From: Nitrospirota bacterium
GTDB taxonomy: Bacteria > Nitrospirota > UBA9217
DNA length: 64,000 nt
Reading direction: 5' to 3'
NCBI GenBank assembly: GCA_963737155.1
Contig: CAVTRN010000002.1
Coordinates: 384,001 to 448,000 of the forward strand
Part shown: positions 20,415-31,380 of the stretch, piece after piece
Layout of the letters: every line of letters begins with the position of its first letter
Numbering within the stretch: position 1 is the first letter of the stretch
Program-made: the position numbers and the translations under genes
Notes under the pieces: generated by a model
The model's input: the letters and a program-made list of their open reading frames with translations, nothing else
Told to the model about the DNA's origin: nothing
Databases searched by the model: none

Positions 20415-20834
20415 TTACTGGTGAGGCACATTCGTACCTAACCAGCGGTCTAATATGCACTCTATATCCTTTTTGAACTGATTGAGGTCTGTTGCCTTTT
20501 GCAGAAAACTATCTGCACCCGCCTTGAAAGCTGCCTGTTGGTCCGATTCAAGACTTGAGTTCGTGACTATGACCACTCGAATACCGTGCAGGATCTTGTC
20601 GTCACGTATCTTGCGCAGGACCTCAATGCCGTCCATCTGGGGCATTTTCAGATCGAGCAGGATCAGCTTCGGTGGCGTTTTTTTCTCCCGAATGAGCGCG
20701 AGGCCATCTTCTCCACACGAGACAACTTCCATCATTAAATCCCGGCCGGTCCTCGTTAGCACCGATTTCGTTAGTAAGACGTCGTCCTCGCTGTCATCGA
20801 TGATGAGGATTGTCGGTTGCATTACATTATCCAC
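20415..20834 (-). CDS. Single-domain response regulator (Rcp1-like)
   Basis: ILIIDDSEDD, LILLDLKMPQMDG, GADSFLQK. Confidence 0.9.
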   Translation of the reverse strand: MDNVMQPTILIIDDSEDDVLLTKSVLTRTGRDLMMEVVSCGEDGLALIREKKTPPKLILLDLKMPQMDGIEVLRKIRDDKILHGIRVVIVTNSSLESDQQAAFKAGADSFLQKATDLNQFKKDIECILDRWLGTNVPHQ

Positions 20835-20873
20835 TTTCTCTGAGTTAAAAATCTGGATTCGAAAAAAACGGTT

Positions 20874-21296
20874 CTAAACGCCGGAATTGGGCATAACTCC
20901 GCGTTGAAAATATGCAGCCATGGTTTTGTCTGTCTGAAGGATGTGATTCACGAGCCATTCACCCGAAGACCGAATGGTCATCACAAAGACCTGCATATTC
21001 ACACCATGTACCTTATAGCCCTCGTAGATCTGATTAATCTGTCTTTTGAATATCTCGTGTTCAACTTTATGTTCGGCAAAGCGAGGATACTTGCGATTAG
21101 TCATTTCCTGTTCTTCCGCCTCAAAATGGAAAATTGTATATTCAAGAAGAAAGTTGAGGTAATTTCCGATTGCGTCTGTTTCCTGGGTTGTACTGCATGC
21201 TTGCAGCAATGCATTGTATCGGGCGAATAGTTCTTTGTGCTGGCTGTCTATTTGGCTGAATCCCGTGTTTAGGTCATCGTTCCACTCAAAACTCAT
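20874..21296 (-). CDS. Bacteriohemerythrin
   Basis: W..L.TG..ID.QH, HFEAEE, HKVEH, WLVNHILQTD: full di-iron ligand set. Confidence 0.93.
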   Translation of the reverse strand: MSFEWNDDLNTGFSQIDSQHKELFARYNALLQACSTTQETDAIGNYLNFLLEYTIFHFEAEEQEMTNRKYPRFAEHKVEHEIFKRQINQIYEGYKVHGVNMQVFVMTIRSSGEWLVNHILQTDKTMAAYFQRGVMPNSGV

Positions 21297-21327
21297 AAGT
21301 ACGTCCTTTTAACTATAAGTCTATTCC

Positions 21328-21573
21328 CTAATGGAAACCTTCTCCAAAGATCTGCTCTGGTTTCCAAATTGAATCTTTCTTTTCATCCACTTTGATGCCC
21401 GGTATTTTTAAAGAATGTTCTTTTACAAGTGCCATATGTACAGTAATTTTATTGGCTTCTCGTATAGACACGTTGTTGACACCTGCCGCTAAATCAGGAT
21501 TACTGAACTCTAGATGATCCTCCCCATGACTGTCGGACAAATACAGTAGGTGCCAGGAGGGTTCTCCTCCCAT
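21328..21573 (-). CDS. Hypothetical protein
   Basis: 81-aa ORF co-oriented upstream of the hemerythrin; no recognised motif. Confidence 0.3.
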   Translation of the reverse strand: MGGEPSWHLLYLSDSHGEDHLEFSNPDLAAGVNNVSIREANKITVHMALVKEHSLKIPGIKVDEKKDSIWKPEQIFGEGFH

Positions 21574-21933
21574 GTTTTATAACGATAGCATTGGGCAGAC
21601 AACCTTTATATCTACCTCCCCAATGATGTTCAAATATGTTACCAATTCAGAACTTCTATAACTATAATTGTAGCAATCGCGATACCATTGTGTGTAAAAT
21701 TAATTGTCACAATAAATCAGTAGGTTGCGGTAGATTTAAACGAAATATCGTCACATTGGATGGTTCATTTTGGGCAGAGGTCTATTTTAAATGTGTTTTA
21801 ATATTCACGGCACTACACTATTCGGCCAGCTGAAAGCCCTTTTAACGACACTACTTCACAGCTTATTCTTTTTCACCATAGGCAAGCGTCAATTGTCCCC
21901 AATCCGGTCTGCACATTTCTCCGGACGTATTGT

Positions 21934-22297
21934 TTACAACCAACGGTAAAGTGTTGGCTGTTTCACGGCCTCGACCAATTCGGCAACCTGCGCCGGTTTT
22001 CGAATGTAACGGTTCGCGCCCAGTTGGTTGCTCTCCATACGGTCTATATCCTCTTTTGATGAGGCCAGAACAACGACCGGCTGGTGTCTCATTCTGTGGT
22101 CTGCGCATATGCGTTGCATCACTTCTATTCCGTCCATTTTGAGCATTTTGGGATCGGGCAGAATAAGCTTCGTATTCTGATTGTTACTCTCGGCGCAAAT
22201 GAGGCCACCGCAGCGCTGGATTATTCGCTGTACCGTGGCAAGGCCGATGCCAAGACCAGGGAATTCGGATTCTGTATGGAATCTTTGGAACGGAGGT
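21934..22297 (-). pseudogene. Deletion relic fusing Cph1-type kinase C-terminus to Rcp1-type regulator
   Basis: One frame reads [36 protein letters not shown] directly into [27 protein letters not shown]; conserved residues are decayed. Confidence 0.7.
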
Positions 22298-22313
22298 GGA
22301 AGTCGTCCGCAGT

Positions 22314-23897
22314 TCAGCGGTCGGGCCGGGGATCACTATAATACTGGTAGCCACCTCTTCCGCTTTCCTTGACGCGATACATGGCAGTGTCGGCCTTTGA
22401 AACGAGCGATTCAACATCGTTGCCGTCCTTGGGGTACATGCTGATGCCGATGCTGACTCCTATGGAACATTCATTACCCTGAATGAAAAAGGGCTCCGAA
22501 AGGATTTGTATAATTTTTTCGGCAACTGTAGCCGCATCCCCGGGCACCGTAATAAAACTGCAAACCCCTATGAATTCATCCCCGCCCAACCGTGCGACCG
22601 TATCCGAGCTGCGGAAAGAGGCCTTTATCCTTTGCGACACCAAGGATAACACCGCGTCGCCAGCTTCATGCCCCAGCGCGTCGTTGATGGCCTTGAACCG
22701 GTCCAGATCCATATAAAGAACCGCGAGAATATTCCTATTCCGCTTCGCTAGAGCGAGAATCTGGCTCGTCCGCTCGAAGAATAGTAAACGATTAGGCAGA
22801 CCGGTGAGCGCATCATACAACGCAAGCTGTTCAAGTCGCTGCTCCGTTTGTTTTCTCTTCGTAATGTCGTGGGCGACGAATACGAACCCTAAACTAGCGT
22901 TGTCGCGAACGTCCGTAACGGAAGACGAGGAAACCTCGACGTCGAATTGCTTTCCGTTCCTGGCAGTCCAGACCATTTCGAGGGAACAGATATTTTCGTG
23001 GGTGCCACGTTTACCGTTTAAGGCGGTCTTGAAGTCTATCACTGAATTCAGGTCCTGGTTGAGAAGATCGGCTTTTTCGCGCCCGAGCAATTCCAGGGCA
23101 ACGCGGTTCACCACCCGGATTCTGTTATCCATGTCGACAACGATTACGGCGCCCTGCATCATTTCCAGGATCTGACTTGCGGCCGATTCGAGTGAAATAT
23201 CAACGAGATGGTAATGCGTAGTGACATAAGCCATGATCACGAGAAAAATGAACATCGGGATGTATCCGAAGGGATAGAATCCGATACCGAATGTGGGAAT
23301 GACATCGACGATGGCAAGCGTGCCGATGCTGAATGCGATAAATATTCCGCGGAATCTCTTCTTTTGCTTCTCGGTTTCACTCAGTCTGTATTCCTGCCAG
23401 TAGAGATTTAAAACATAGACCATGACGGTGAAAACGAACAGCAGCGTCACAAATCCCATGACACCATACTGGCCGTAGTATCCCCAGAAATAATGATTGA
23501 CCCGTTTCAGAAGTAAATTGGTGCGAAATATAGAAAGAACAAGAAGGAAAGAGAGAACGAAAACACTCGTTGTCAGATAACGATGACGATGGGTCAGCTG
23601 GAGGCGCGTTACGGTCAGGAAAAGAGCAGTACTGGGTATAAAGAGGAGACCGATATGTGCGATTTTAATCCAAAACATCGCTACTTGTGCATCGCGTGCG
23701 GAGTAATTGATCCCCATCCCAATCAGGTACAGGCTAACCGTCATGGAAAAAAGAAAATAAAACATTCCAATTCGCGATCGACGTTCGTGGACCGCGACAT
23801 AAAACCCCAAGACTGCAAGCGCTGTCCCCACGAGAAGGACAGGAAAGGCAAACAGACTGATTTGATAGGAGTCTTGGTTCAATACTAGCGATAACAT
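22314..23897 (-). CDS. Diguanylate cyclase with N-terminal 7TM (HisKA_7TM-like) and PAS domain
   Basis: ~7 hydrophobic segments, [14 protein letters not shown]-site [12 protein letters not shown]. Confidence 0.93.
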   Translation of the reverse strand: MLSLVLNQDSYQISLFAFPVLLVGTALAVLGFYVAVHERRSRIGMFYFLFSMTVSLYLIGMGINYSARDAQVAMFWIKIAHIGLLFIPSTALFLTVTRLQLTHRHRYLTTSVFVLSFLLVLSIFRTNLLLKRVNHYFWGYYGQYGVMGFVTLLFVFTVMVYVLNLYWQEYRLSETEKQKKRFRGIFIAFSIGTLAIVDVIPTFGIGFYPFGYIPMFIFLVIMAYVTTHYHLVDISLESAASQILEMMQGAVIVVDMDNRIRVVNRVALELLGREKADLLNQDLNSVIDFKTALNGKRGTHENICSLEMVWTARNGKQFDVEVSSSSVTDVRDNASLGFVFVAHDITKRKQTEQRLEQLALYDALTGLPNRLLFFERTSQILALAKRNRNILAVLYMDLDRFKAINDALGHEAGDAVLSLVSQRIKASFRSSDTVARLGGDEFIGVCSFITVPGDAATVAEKIIQILSEPFFIQGNECSIGVSIGISMYPKDGNDVESLVSKADTAMYRVKESGRGGYQYYSDPRPDR

Positions 23898-24132
23898 ACA
23901 CTCCCTCTCTTGCTGAGGGAACGAAAAACAGACCGCCGCGATCCGTAACCTTGCCAGGGGTCGTCTGGCACTCAGTACGAGACATGCTCATACAGAACGC
24001 CGGCTTCGCTGCTTTTGACCGGTCTTGAAAAAAGTTAGCCCTGTCCGTACTCGCACTTCGGTATTTTGATCTGCGCCATCTGCATTGGCGTTTCCTACAA
24101 CTCCTCAATTATTTCGATTTTCATATCATGAG

Positions 24133-24237
24133 CTAATACAAACGCACGGGATATTGTAACAATTTCTCAAAAGTAGCACTATGAAATCAACGAGTTGTCA
24201 TTTTTTATTGATACAATATGTTATGCGTTTGTATTAG
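24133..24237. repeat. 31-bp inverted repeat flanking an IHF consensus site
   Basis: Arms 24133-24163 and 24207-24237 match 26/31; the spacer contains AATCAAcgagTTG (24185-24197). Confidence 0.75.
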
Positions 24238-25104
24238 TAATTTAATCGTCCTGACGATCTGCTGGTTCTCTCCAACTAACCTGGGATGAGAGCTTTTTAA
24301 ATAGCTCCCGACTGAATCGCTTTAAAATCAGCTGCGCAATCCTTAGCTGCAGCGTTAATAGGGACTTAAATCGTTAAATGATTTTTTTACTAAACGATGT
24401 GCCAATCCCAACAGGGCCCATTAATGACGTCCTGTTTTATAAGCAAGACAAGGCTTGCATATATTTATCGGCTTTTTATGCCATAACCTTTAAGATATAC
24501 CGGTTACATTTTGAGAAAATAATTAAAATTAGGAAGGAGAATTTAGGTGGATAGTTTATTATCATTAATTTAAACACAGTTCCAGTTAACATTGTATTAT
24601 AGATCAGGTCATTTTAAAGCAGTGCAATAATTCTGCGGGTAACGCCCATGAATACAAATTTAAGATCAAAGTGTTTGAAGGAGTAAAAACTTTTACTGAT
24701 CCAGGAGGGAGATGTATTTTGACTATATTATGAAAAATGATGACTACAATTAAATCTGGCGATGCATGTTGCGACATGATATCCGCACGAGTATGGGTAG
24801 ATAATATTTTTTAAGAAAGCGGTACAGCATGATTGACTATCTCGATGACCCGGTTCCAGTGCACATAAATGAAGTCCTGACGCCGGGAGCGCACCCCAGC
24901 ACCTAGTATGCTTCACATCCGCGAGCGTCAGTGGACGCTTAGCGGCGGATTGTCGAAAGATATATCTGGCCGACCGACATAGTTCGCAGCGCGCCAATAA
25001 GCGTTGATTATTTAAAAGCAGTTCCGTTGACAATGGTTTATTCGTTACATTCTCAATGGTCAGTTTCTTTAGGTTGAATTAGCCCGCCCATGGAAAGTCC
25101 CGGA

Positions 25105-26565
25105 TTACAAGTACGGAGTCAGCAATCGAGCAATGCCGTCGCGCAAGCGGGCCGGCAGCAGGCGGCCATTGACCTCCTCCATCGACACAGAATGGGCGTC
25201 TTTCAGTTTCGTCTCGACCCACTGGTCAAGCCGCTGGGCAAGTTCAGTGTCGTAGCATTCCACGTTAAATTCAAAATTAAGGCGCAAGCTTCGCGGGTCC
25301 CAGTTGGCCGATCCCAGCAGAACCCAGCAGCCGTCCACCAACATGAGTTTTGAGTGATCGAATGGAGGCGGGGTTAGCCAAATATGGCATCCATGCTGGA
25401 GCACTTGCGCCCACATCGCCCGGGAGGCCCACAAGACGAACGGCAGGTTGATTTGTGAGGGCAAAATGATGTCGACCTGCACACCCCGCATGGATGCCAG
25501 ATTCAGGGCGGATATTACGGCGGGGTCGGGCAGAAAATAGGGAGTCATAATCCGGACAGAATAGCGGGCAATCGAGAGGGCTCCCAACAGCGTCCAGAGA
25601 AGCTTCTCGAAATTCTCATCCGGACCATCGGTCACGCCTCGCGCCAACACCTGCCCCATGATTTCGGCTTTGGGGAACCACGAATCGCCACGCAAAGATT
25701 CGCCGGTTGTGAACAACCAATCGTCAGCGAACACTTCTTGCAGTTGGGCCACCACAGGGCCCTGCACCCGGAAATGGATGTCCAGTACCGGGTTTTGCGG
25801 CTGGAGTTTAAGGCTGTGTCCCACTCGAATATTCATGCCACCTGTAAATCCCACGCGCCCATCCGCCACTAGGATCTTGCGGTGTATGTGCATGTTCAAC
25901 GACATTGGATGCCACAAAGCAAAGGGGAGAAACCGGGCATACTTCACCCCCTCTTGTCGCAGCGTGTGGAGAATGGTTGGCAAGGAATAGCGACTTCCCG
26001 TCGCATCAATCAGCACCCGCACTTCGACACCCCGGCGCGCTGCTTCGCCAAGCGCATGCGCAAAAGCCATCCCGACTTCGTCCCGATCAAAAATATAGGT
26101 CACGAAAGAGAGAGTCAAGCTTGCGTGTTGAATCGCCTCCAACATGGCAGGATATGCTTCATCACCGTTCACCAACGGATCGATACGATTGCCCGGCAGC
26201 AAGGGTCGCTCTACCATGCCCCCAACGACACGAGCCAGAATCTTGAGATGTCCTTCGCGGTCCGTCAGACGGCGCTGCAGCTCTTCCGGAAGACATTCGT
26301 GCTGTGCGGCCTGAGACCGGTATCGTTCAAGGTTCCTTCGTAGCAGAGAAGCCTTATGGCGAATGCGATTGACCCCGAAGATGAAGTACATGATAGCCCC
26401 GACAAGGGGAACGAGCCAAACGAAACCCACCCACGCGATGGCAGCGCGAGGATCACGCTTGTTGAGAACCACGTGCCCGGTCGCCAACACAGGGAGAACC
26501 AAGCCAAGACCAATGGCAGCAATGTGCCAGATGTCATGCACCAGATTATCAATGGCTATTGTCAT
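25105..26565 (-). CDS. cls: Cardiolipin synthase
   Basis: N-terminal PLDc_N TM hairpin, two HKD motifs HRKILVAD and HSKLMLVD, GSANWDPRS. Confidence 0.92.
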   Translation of the reverse strand: MTIAIDNLVHDIWHIAAIGLGLVLPVLATGHVVLNKRDPRAAIAWVGFVWLVPLVGAIMYFIFGVNRIRHKASLLRRNLERYRSQAAQHECLPEELQRRLTDREGHLKILARVVGGMVERPLLPGNRIDPLVNGDEAYPAMLEAIQHASLTLSFVTYIFDRDEVGMAFAHALGEAARRGVEVRVLIDATGSRYSLPTILHTLRQEGVKYARFLPFALWHPMSLNMHIHRKILVADGRVGFTGGMNIRVGHSLKLQPQNPVLDIHFRVQGPVVAQLQEVFADDWLFTTGESLRGDSWFPKAEIMGQVLARGVTDGPDENFEKLLWTLLGALSIARYSVRIMTPYFLPDPAVISALNLASMRGVQVDIILPSQINLPFVLWASRAMWAQVLQHGCHIWLTPPPFDHSKLMLVDGCWVLLGSANWDPRSLRLNFEFNVECYDTELAQRLDQWVETKLKDAHSVSMEEVNGRLLPARLRDGIARLLTPYL

Positions 26566-26879
26566 TGCGGTTTGTCCCCCGGGTTAGTTCCCTTCGCCTT
26601 CATGGCATATTTCCTTTTTACCCAGAAGTCCGAGAACGCGACAAACCGTCTCGACTATCCTGTGTTCTCGACCGTGCGCATGAGATGAGTTGCAGCAAAT
26701 GGAAACTACAGCAATAGAAAAGGAAGGTATTGACTGAAAATATAGCATAATAATGCATTATGCAAACAGTATTATGCGATCACCTGTAAAGGAGGTCCTC
26801 CCTGTACGGATCTGGCTGGAATAAGCGGTAGATTTGACCAAAATACGCGCAGATGCGACTGCTCATTCGTCGTGGAACT

Positions 26880-28016
26880 TCACTGCTTCATCTTCAATGC
26901 CACTTTTAGCAAAGTCTGTAATCGGCCCAACGCGCCCTTTTTGTTTCCCATGATCTCGTCATAGAGATTCTCCATGTTCGCGGGAGGCACCATTTCGGAG
27001 GTTTTCTGTTTTAGCCGGACTGCGTCAGACGGACAGGTTGGAACGCACAGACCGCAACCGATGCATCTGCTTAGATTGACCAGGGCCTCGCCGGAGGGGC
27101 CTGTGAGGGTGACCGCGTTGACCTGGCAGCGGGCGACACAGGTGCCGCAACGTGAACAGGCTTCCGCGCAGACTTCAGCATAAAAGTTACTCGACCAGAA
27201 GTCGTTCGGGTAGGGGAGAAACTTCTGGTAGGAGAGCATGCCGCAGCAGCAGCCGCAACAGGAGCAAACGAATTCCGGTTGCCGGGTATTGGCCGGCTGC
27301 AGAACGAGGCCGTCATCTTCGTTCTGCTGGAGGATTGTCAGTACTTCGTCCCGGGTCACTTCGCGACCGTGGTTACGGCCAAGGACCATGGCGGCCATGT
27401 CACCGAACCCGAGGCATGTTTCCTGGCGGGATGTCATTTTGCATGGCTTATTCCGCATCGCCTTGCTTCTGCGGCAGATGCATTTAAGCACGACAAACGG
27501 GCCGGTAGAATCCCGGACCACTGCACGGATGTGATCGTAGGTGGCTACGTTGTGTTCGACGGAAATGCTCTTGTTGATGGGAATAGTCCGCATCTGCGGG
27601 GGTTTGATCGCGAGAAAGGACATCCCGAAGCTCAGGGTTTTCATATATGCGTTAGCATCGTTCAGGAATTCTGGAGAGGGATCCCCATCTTGACCTTCGT
27701 ACATCCCGATCACAAGCGGCAGTAGGAACCAGTGGCTAATCCCGTTCGTCTCTTTCCGGCCGATGGAACCTTTCACGAACATGCTGTCGAGCATGCGCCC
27801 GGTCTGCTCTGCCGAAAATCGAAGGGCCGTGCGTTCGGTGATATACCCCGCAGGGGCCGGTTTGTAGGAAAGATGCAGTGCGACCCTTGCCTCATCAATC
27901 GTAAAAAGCCTTTTGAGTAGGTGGATATCGGCGCCCAGGACGGTCGCCGGGAACCCGACCGCTTGTTTGTCAAAATGCTGCTGTAAAAGACGGTAAACTC
28001 TGTTGCAATTGCTCAT
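26880..28016 (-). CDS. Cys-rich 4Fe-4S binding protein
   Basis: CICR..C..C, CSCCGCCCG, two ferredoxin motifs CSRCGTCVARC and CIGCGLCVPTCP. Confidence 0.88.
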   Translation of the reverse strand: MSNCNRVYRLLQQHFDKQAVGFPATVLGADIHLLKRLFTIDEARVALHLSYKPAPAGYITERTALRFSAEQTGRMLDSMFVKGSIGRKETNGISHWFLLPLVIGMYEGQDGDPSPEFLNDANAYMKTLSFGMSFLAIKPPQMRTIPINKSISVEHNVATYDHIRAVVRDSTGPFVVLKCICRRSKAMRNKPCKMTSRQETCLGFGDMAAMVLGRNHGREVTRDEVLTILQQNEDDGLVLQPANTRQPEFVCSCCGCCCGMLSYQKFLPYPNDFWSSNFYAEVCAEACSRCGTCVARCQVNAVTLTGPSGEALVNLSRCIGCGLCVPTCPSDAVRLKQKTSEMVPPANMENLYDEIMGNKKGALGRLQTLLKVALKMKQ

Positions 28017-28502
28017 TCGGTCATTCCTGCTCCGGCAACAAACAGGTGCTCGCGCCTACGATCAGTTTACAAGCGATTTTTTTCTTAAGCCGTCCAAGTG
28101 CGCCCTTGACACTGTCGGCCGGTGACGCTTTGGAAAGGCTCCTGTTTGTGAATAACGATAAAATAATCCTGAAATGATGTAATTCCGTGGCCACGCCCTC
28201 CGTAATTTGACAAAGGATAGCACCGGCTTAGATGGGAGTCAAACGGTAAATGGAGGCAATACTAAAAGACGCCAACGGCATGTGCAAGTGGCACTTGAGC
28301 AGAGCAGGTTATTAAGTAATGGAAGCCAGGGAGATGAGCGGCAGGATGTCAGAATGAGAAAACGGGCCATGTTTTTTCTCGTGGAATTGTCAGTCCTGGA
28401 AGACGCGGCGGCATTTATACGATCGCCTCTCGGCAAATATCCTGTAGCAATCATGGGACTGGCTGGAGGCTGCACCTTCTCGTATTTGCCGATATAGAAT
28501 AA

Positions 28503-29237
28503 TTATTCCACGGACTGCAGCAATCTCTCCCGTGTGTTAACGAGTTGCTCTACTTCCTTTGATGCGGGATTGGTGAATACTTCCTTCGGCGTGCCCGATT
28601 GTGCTACACTGCCGTTAACATATATAATAATTTTGTCCGCCATGGAGTACGCTTCGAACACATCATGCGTCACAAAGACGATAGGGATTGGGAACTCCCG
28701 GCGGATCTCTTTAAGAAAATGCTGCATCTCCGCCCGGAGTGGATTGTCGAGCGCGGAAAAGGGTTCATCAAGAAGCAATGCGTCCGGCCTTCTGATGAGT
28801 GCCCGAGCGAGCGCAACGCGCTGTTTTTGTCCGCCCGAAATTTCCGAAGGATATTTATCTTCGAGTCCTGCAATTCTGAACTTATCGATCATGTTTGCAG
28901 CTTGTTGCTTACGTTCGGCCTTGGACAGTCCATGTGCCCCATACATGATGTTCTCTCGAATCGTCATATGTGGGAACAGCGCCAGATCCTGGAAGACGTA
29001 GCCACAAGATCGTTGCTGGGGCGGCAGGTCTTTGCCAGATGCACGGTCAAAAAATGTTCTTTCGTTTAGATGGATAGAACCATGGTCCGGCGAAAGGAGA
29101 CCTGCGATCATCTGAAGGGTCAGGGATTTGCCGGCGCCGGAATAGCCGAAGAGTACAGCAAGCTCATTGCCGATTGTCCATTCGGCGTCGAGAGAAAAAC
29201 CGTTCACGAGCTTATTTACTTTAACTGATAACCCCAC
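28503..29237 (-). CDS. modC: Molybdate ABC transporter ATPase (no C-terminal TOBE)
   Basis: GYSGAGKS, ISGGQKQR, LLLDEPF; operon with modA/modB. Confidence 0.88.
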   Translation of the reverse strand: MGLSVKVNKLVNGFSLDAEWTIGNELAVLFGYSGAGKSLTLQMIAGLLSPDHGSIHLNERTFFDRASGKDLPPQQRSCGYVFQDLALFPHMTIRENIMYGAHGLSKAERKQQAANMIDKFRIAGLEDKYPSEISGGQKQRVALARALIRRPDALLLDEPFSALDNPLRAEMQHFLKEIRREFPIPIVFVTHDVFEAYSMADKIIIYVNGSVAQSGTPKEVFTNPASKEVEQLVNTRERLLQSVE

Positions 29238-29903
29238 CTACAATATCCTCCTGCTCAGTTTGTTTGCAAAGTACAGGAAGAGTCCTGAAAACAAAGTAAA
29301 TACTATGACCATGATAGTCGCCTGAGTTTGGTCGCCGCTTCCTGCCGCAGAATATATTGCCAACGGCATGGTGTTCGTCCTTCCAGGAATGTTCCCGGCA
29401 ATCATCAAGGTCGCGCCAAACTCGCCAATAGCACGTGCAAACGAAAGGATAGTGCCGGCAATGATGCCCTTCCTTGACAGCGGCAGAATGACTTTGAGGG
29501 CGGTCCAGTATTCGGAATGTCCAAGCGTGTATGAAGCACGGACGAGGTTTTCATCCACGGATTCGATGGCGGCTCGTGCCGTTTTCACCAACAGCGGCAG
29601 CGCCACAAAAAACGACGCAAGTACCGCTGCGTACCAGGTGAACATGATACTCCAACCGGTCCAAGCGTACAAATGTCGGCCCAGAAGACCGTTCCTGCCG
29701 AAGAGGACAATGAGGTAGTAACCCGTGACCGTCGGCGGCAACACGAGCGGCAGCGTAAGAAGTATATCGAGCAGTTCCTTGCCGGGAAAGTTTTTACGGG
29801 CAAGAAGATAAGCGGAAGAAAGACCGACGATCACGACAAACAACGTCGCGACCATCGCCACCTGCACAGATAGTTTCAGGGAGAACAACAGGGAATCATC
29901 CAT
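29238..29903 (-). CDS. modB: Molybdate ABC transporter permease
   Basis: LPLVLPPTVTGY, FARAIGEFGAT, GNIPGRT. Confidence 0.93.
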   Translation of the reverse strand: MDDSLLFSLKLSVQVAMVATLFVVIVGLSSAYLLARKNFPGKELLDILLTLPLVLPPTVTGYYLIVLFGRNGLLGRHLYAWTGWSIMFTWYAAVLASFFVALPLLVKTARAAIESVDENLVRASYTLGHSEYWTALKVILPLSRKGIIAGTILSFARAIGEFGATLMIAGNIPGRTNTMPLAIYSAAGSGDQTQATIMVIVFTLFSGLFLYFANKLSRRIL

Positions 29904-29936
29904 TATGTAGCTCCTGTTCTCTCCATAATCAGGGGA

Positions 29937-30725
29937 TTACCGTGCTGAAGCTATCGGCTTAAACCCGTATTTGGAGAGAATTTTTTGACCTTCTGCAGAG
30001 GTAACGAGGGCAATGAAGCTCTTTGCTGCTTTCTCGTTTTCCGACCCTTTAACAACGGCAATGGGGTAAATGATGGGTTTATGGCTCGCTTCGGGCGCGG
30101 TCAAAATAATTCTGACCTCCTGTTGTCTCGCTATCGCGTCAGTTGAATAGACGACGCCAGCATCCACTTCACCCCGGGCAACGTAATCAAGCACTTGTCT
30201 CACATTCTCAGTAAAAATCAGCTTGGTTTGTATCATATCAGATATCTTGTAATATTGGAATGTTTCGGCCGCATATCTTCCGGCCGGAACGGTCTTCGGG
30301 TTTCCAGCGGCGATTTTCTTTATCTCCGGCTTTCCCAGGTCTTCAAATGAAGTAATTGTTAGCTTCGAGGACGAAGGAACGATAAGAACTACAGAATTCG
30401 CGACAAAGTTTGTTCTTGTATCCTTCACCACAAAACCCGCATTGTCGAGTTCATCCATGTCCTTGAGGGCGGCAGAAGCAAACACGTCGACAGGAGCACC
30501 GCCCTTGATTTGCACCATCAGATCACCTGATGCGCCGAGGTTGAGCAGGACCTTGGTGTTCTTGTTTTGTGACTCGTAAAGCTTTCCGATTTCCTCGAAG
30601 ACGTTTTTCAGGCTGATTGCTGCTGACACTGTTATTTCCGTAGTTGACTCAGCAAGAGCTTTTCCGACGGGGTAAACACCGACAAATAAAGCAATAAACA
30701 TCAAAAGGACTATTTTTTTTACCAT
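29937..30725 (-). CDS. modA: Molybdate ABC transporter substrate-binding protein
   Basis: Signal peptide, SAAISL, GASGDL..GAPVDVFASA, VPAGRYA, NVRQVL, GVVYSTD. Confidence 0.93.
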   Translation of the reverse strand: MVKKIVLLMFIALFVGVYPVGKALAESTTEITVSAAISLKNVFEEIGKLYESQNKNTKVLLNLGASGDLMVQIKGGAPVDVFASAALKDMDELDNAGFVVKDTRTNFVANSVVLIVPSSSKLTITSFEDLGKPEIKKIAAGNPKTVPAGRYAAETFQYYKISDMIQTKLIFTENVRQVLDYVARGEVDAGVVYSTDAIARQQEVRIILTAPEASHKPIIYPIAVVKGSENEKAAKSFIALVTSAEGQKILSKYGFKPIASAR

Positions 30726-30957
30726 GATTTCCTCTCTTTTATTCATCGACGCTGATATTATCGAGTAACACTACAGGGCTTGGAACAAACTAGCCAACAA
30801 TGGTTACTGCGCAGTTCAAGAATCGATGACCAGACTGCTCCAAAATTCTGCCTATACCAGTTAACCGTGTCTTCACCTAAACCCGTCAGCCGGGCATTAT
30901 CAGGGTTTATGCCGTACTCTACCAGTGGTTTCCGCTGGTTTGCAATAAAGAAGAAAA

Positions 30958-31380
30958 CTATACGCCAATCATAACGCTTGTAGCCTTGAAGATTGCAAAA
31001 GCTTCATCGTGCTCACGCAACGCGAGCCGCTTCACGCTATCATCGGAAATTGTGGCCGTGATTATGTTGCCGTCGCCCATATCAAGAGTGATTTCAGCCA
31101 TAACCATGCCTTCTTTGATCTTTTTGACTTTTCCCTTTAGTATGTTTCTGGCGCTTATATGCAAATCGGCATTTCCCTTGCCGATCATTACGGAACTAGC
31201 TTTGATGATTGCTGTTGCGTCTTTGCCTGTACTTAAACCAAGATTGTCAGAGCTTTCGTTCGTAATAATCGAGGTTACGGTAGCGCCTGAGCTTAAAGCA
31301 AGTTTAATCACCGCCATAACCTGCCCCTTTTTGACTTCTGTTATCTTCCCCGACAACATGTTTCGTGCACTGATCTTCAT
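30958..31380 (-). CDS. Tandem TOBE molbindin (Mop/ModG-like)
   Basis: Two ISARN..GK....KG..MA..S.IT...L.L...A.AI.KA repeats. Confidence 0.9.
   Translation of the reverse strand: MKISARNMLSGKITEVKKGQVMAVIKLALSSGATVTSIITNESSDNLGLSTGKDATAIIKASSVMIGKGNADLHISARNILKGKVKKIKEGMVMAEITLDMGDGNIITATISDDSVKRLALREHDEAFAIFKATSVMIGV

Noticed and set aside
30750-30957. Moco riboswitch upstream of modA
   Set aside because: One hairpin (ACCAGTGG/CCGCTGGT) but no CCUCCCG..GGAAAGG 3' signature
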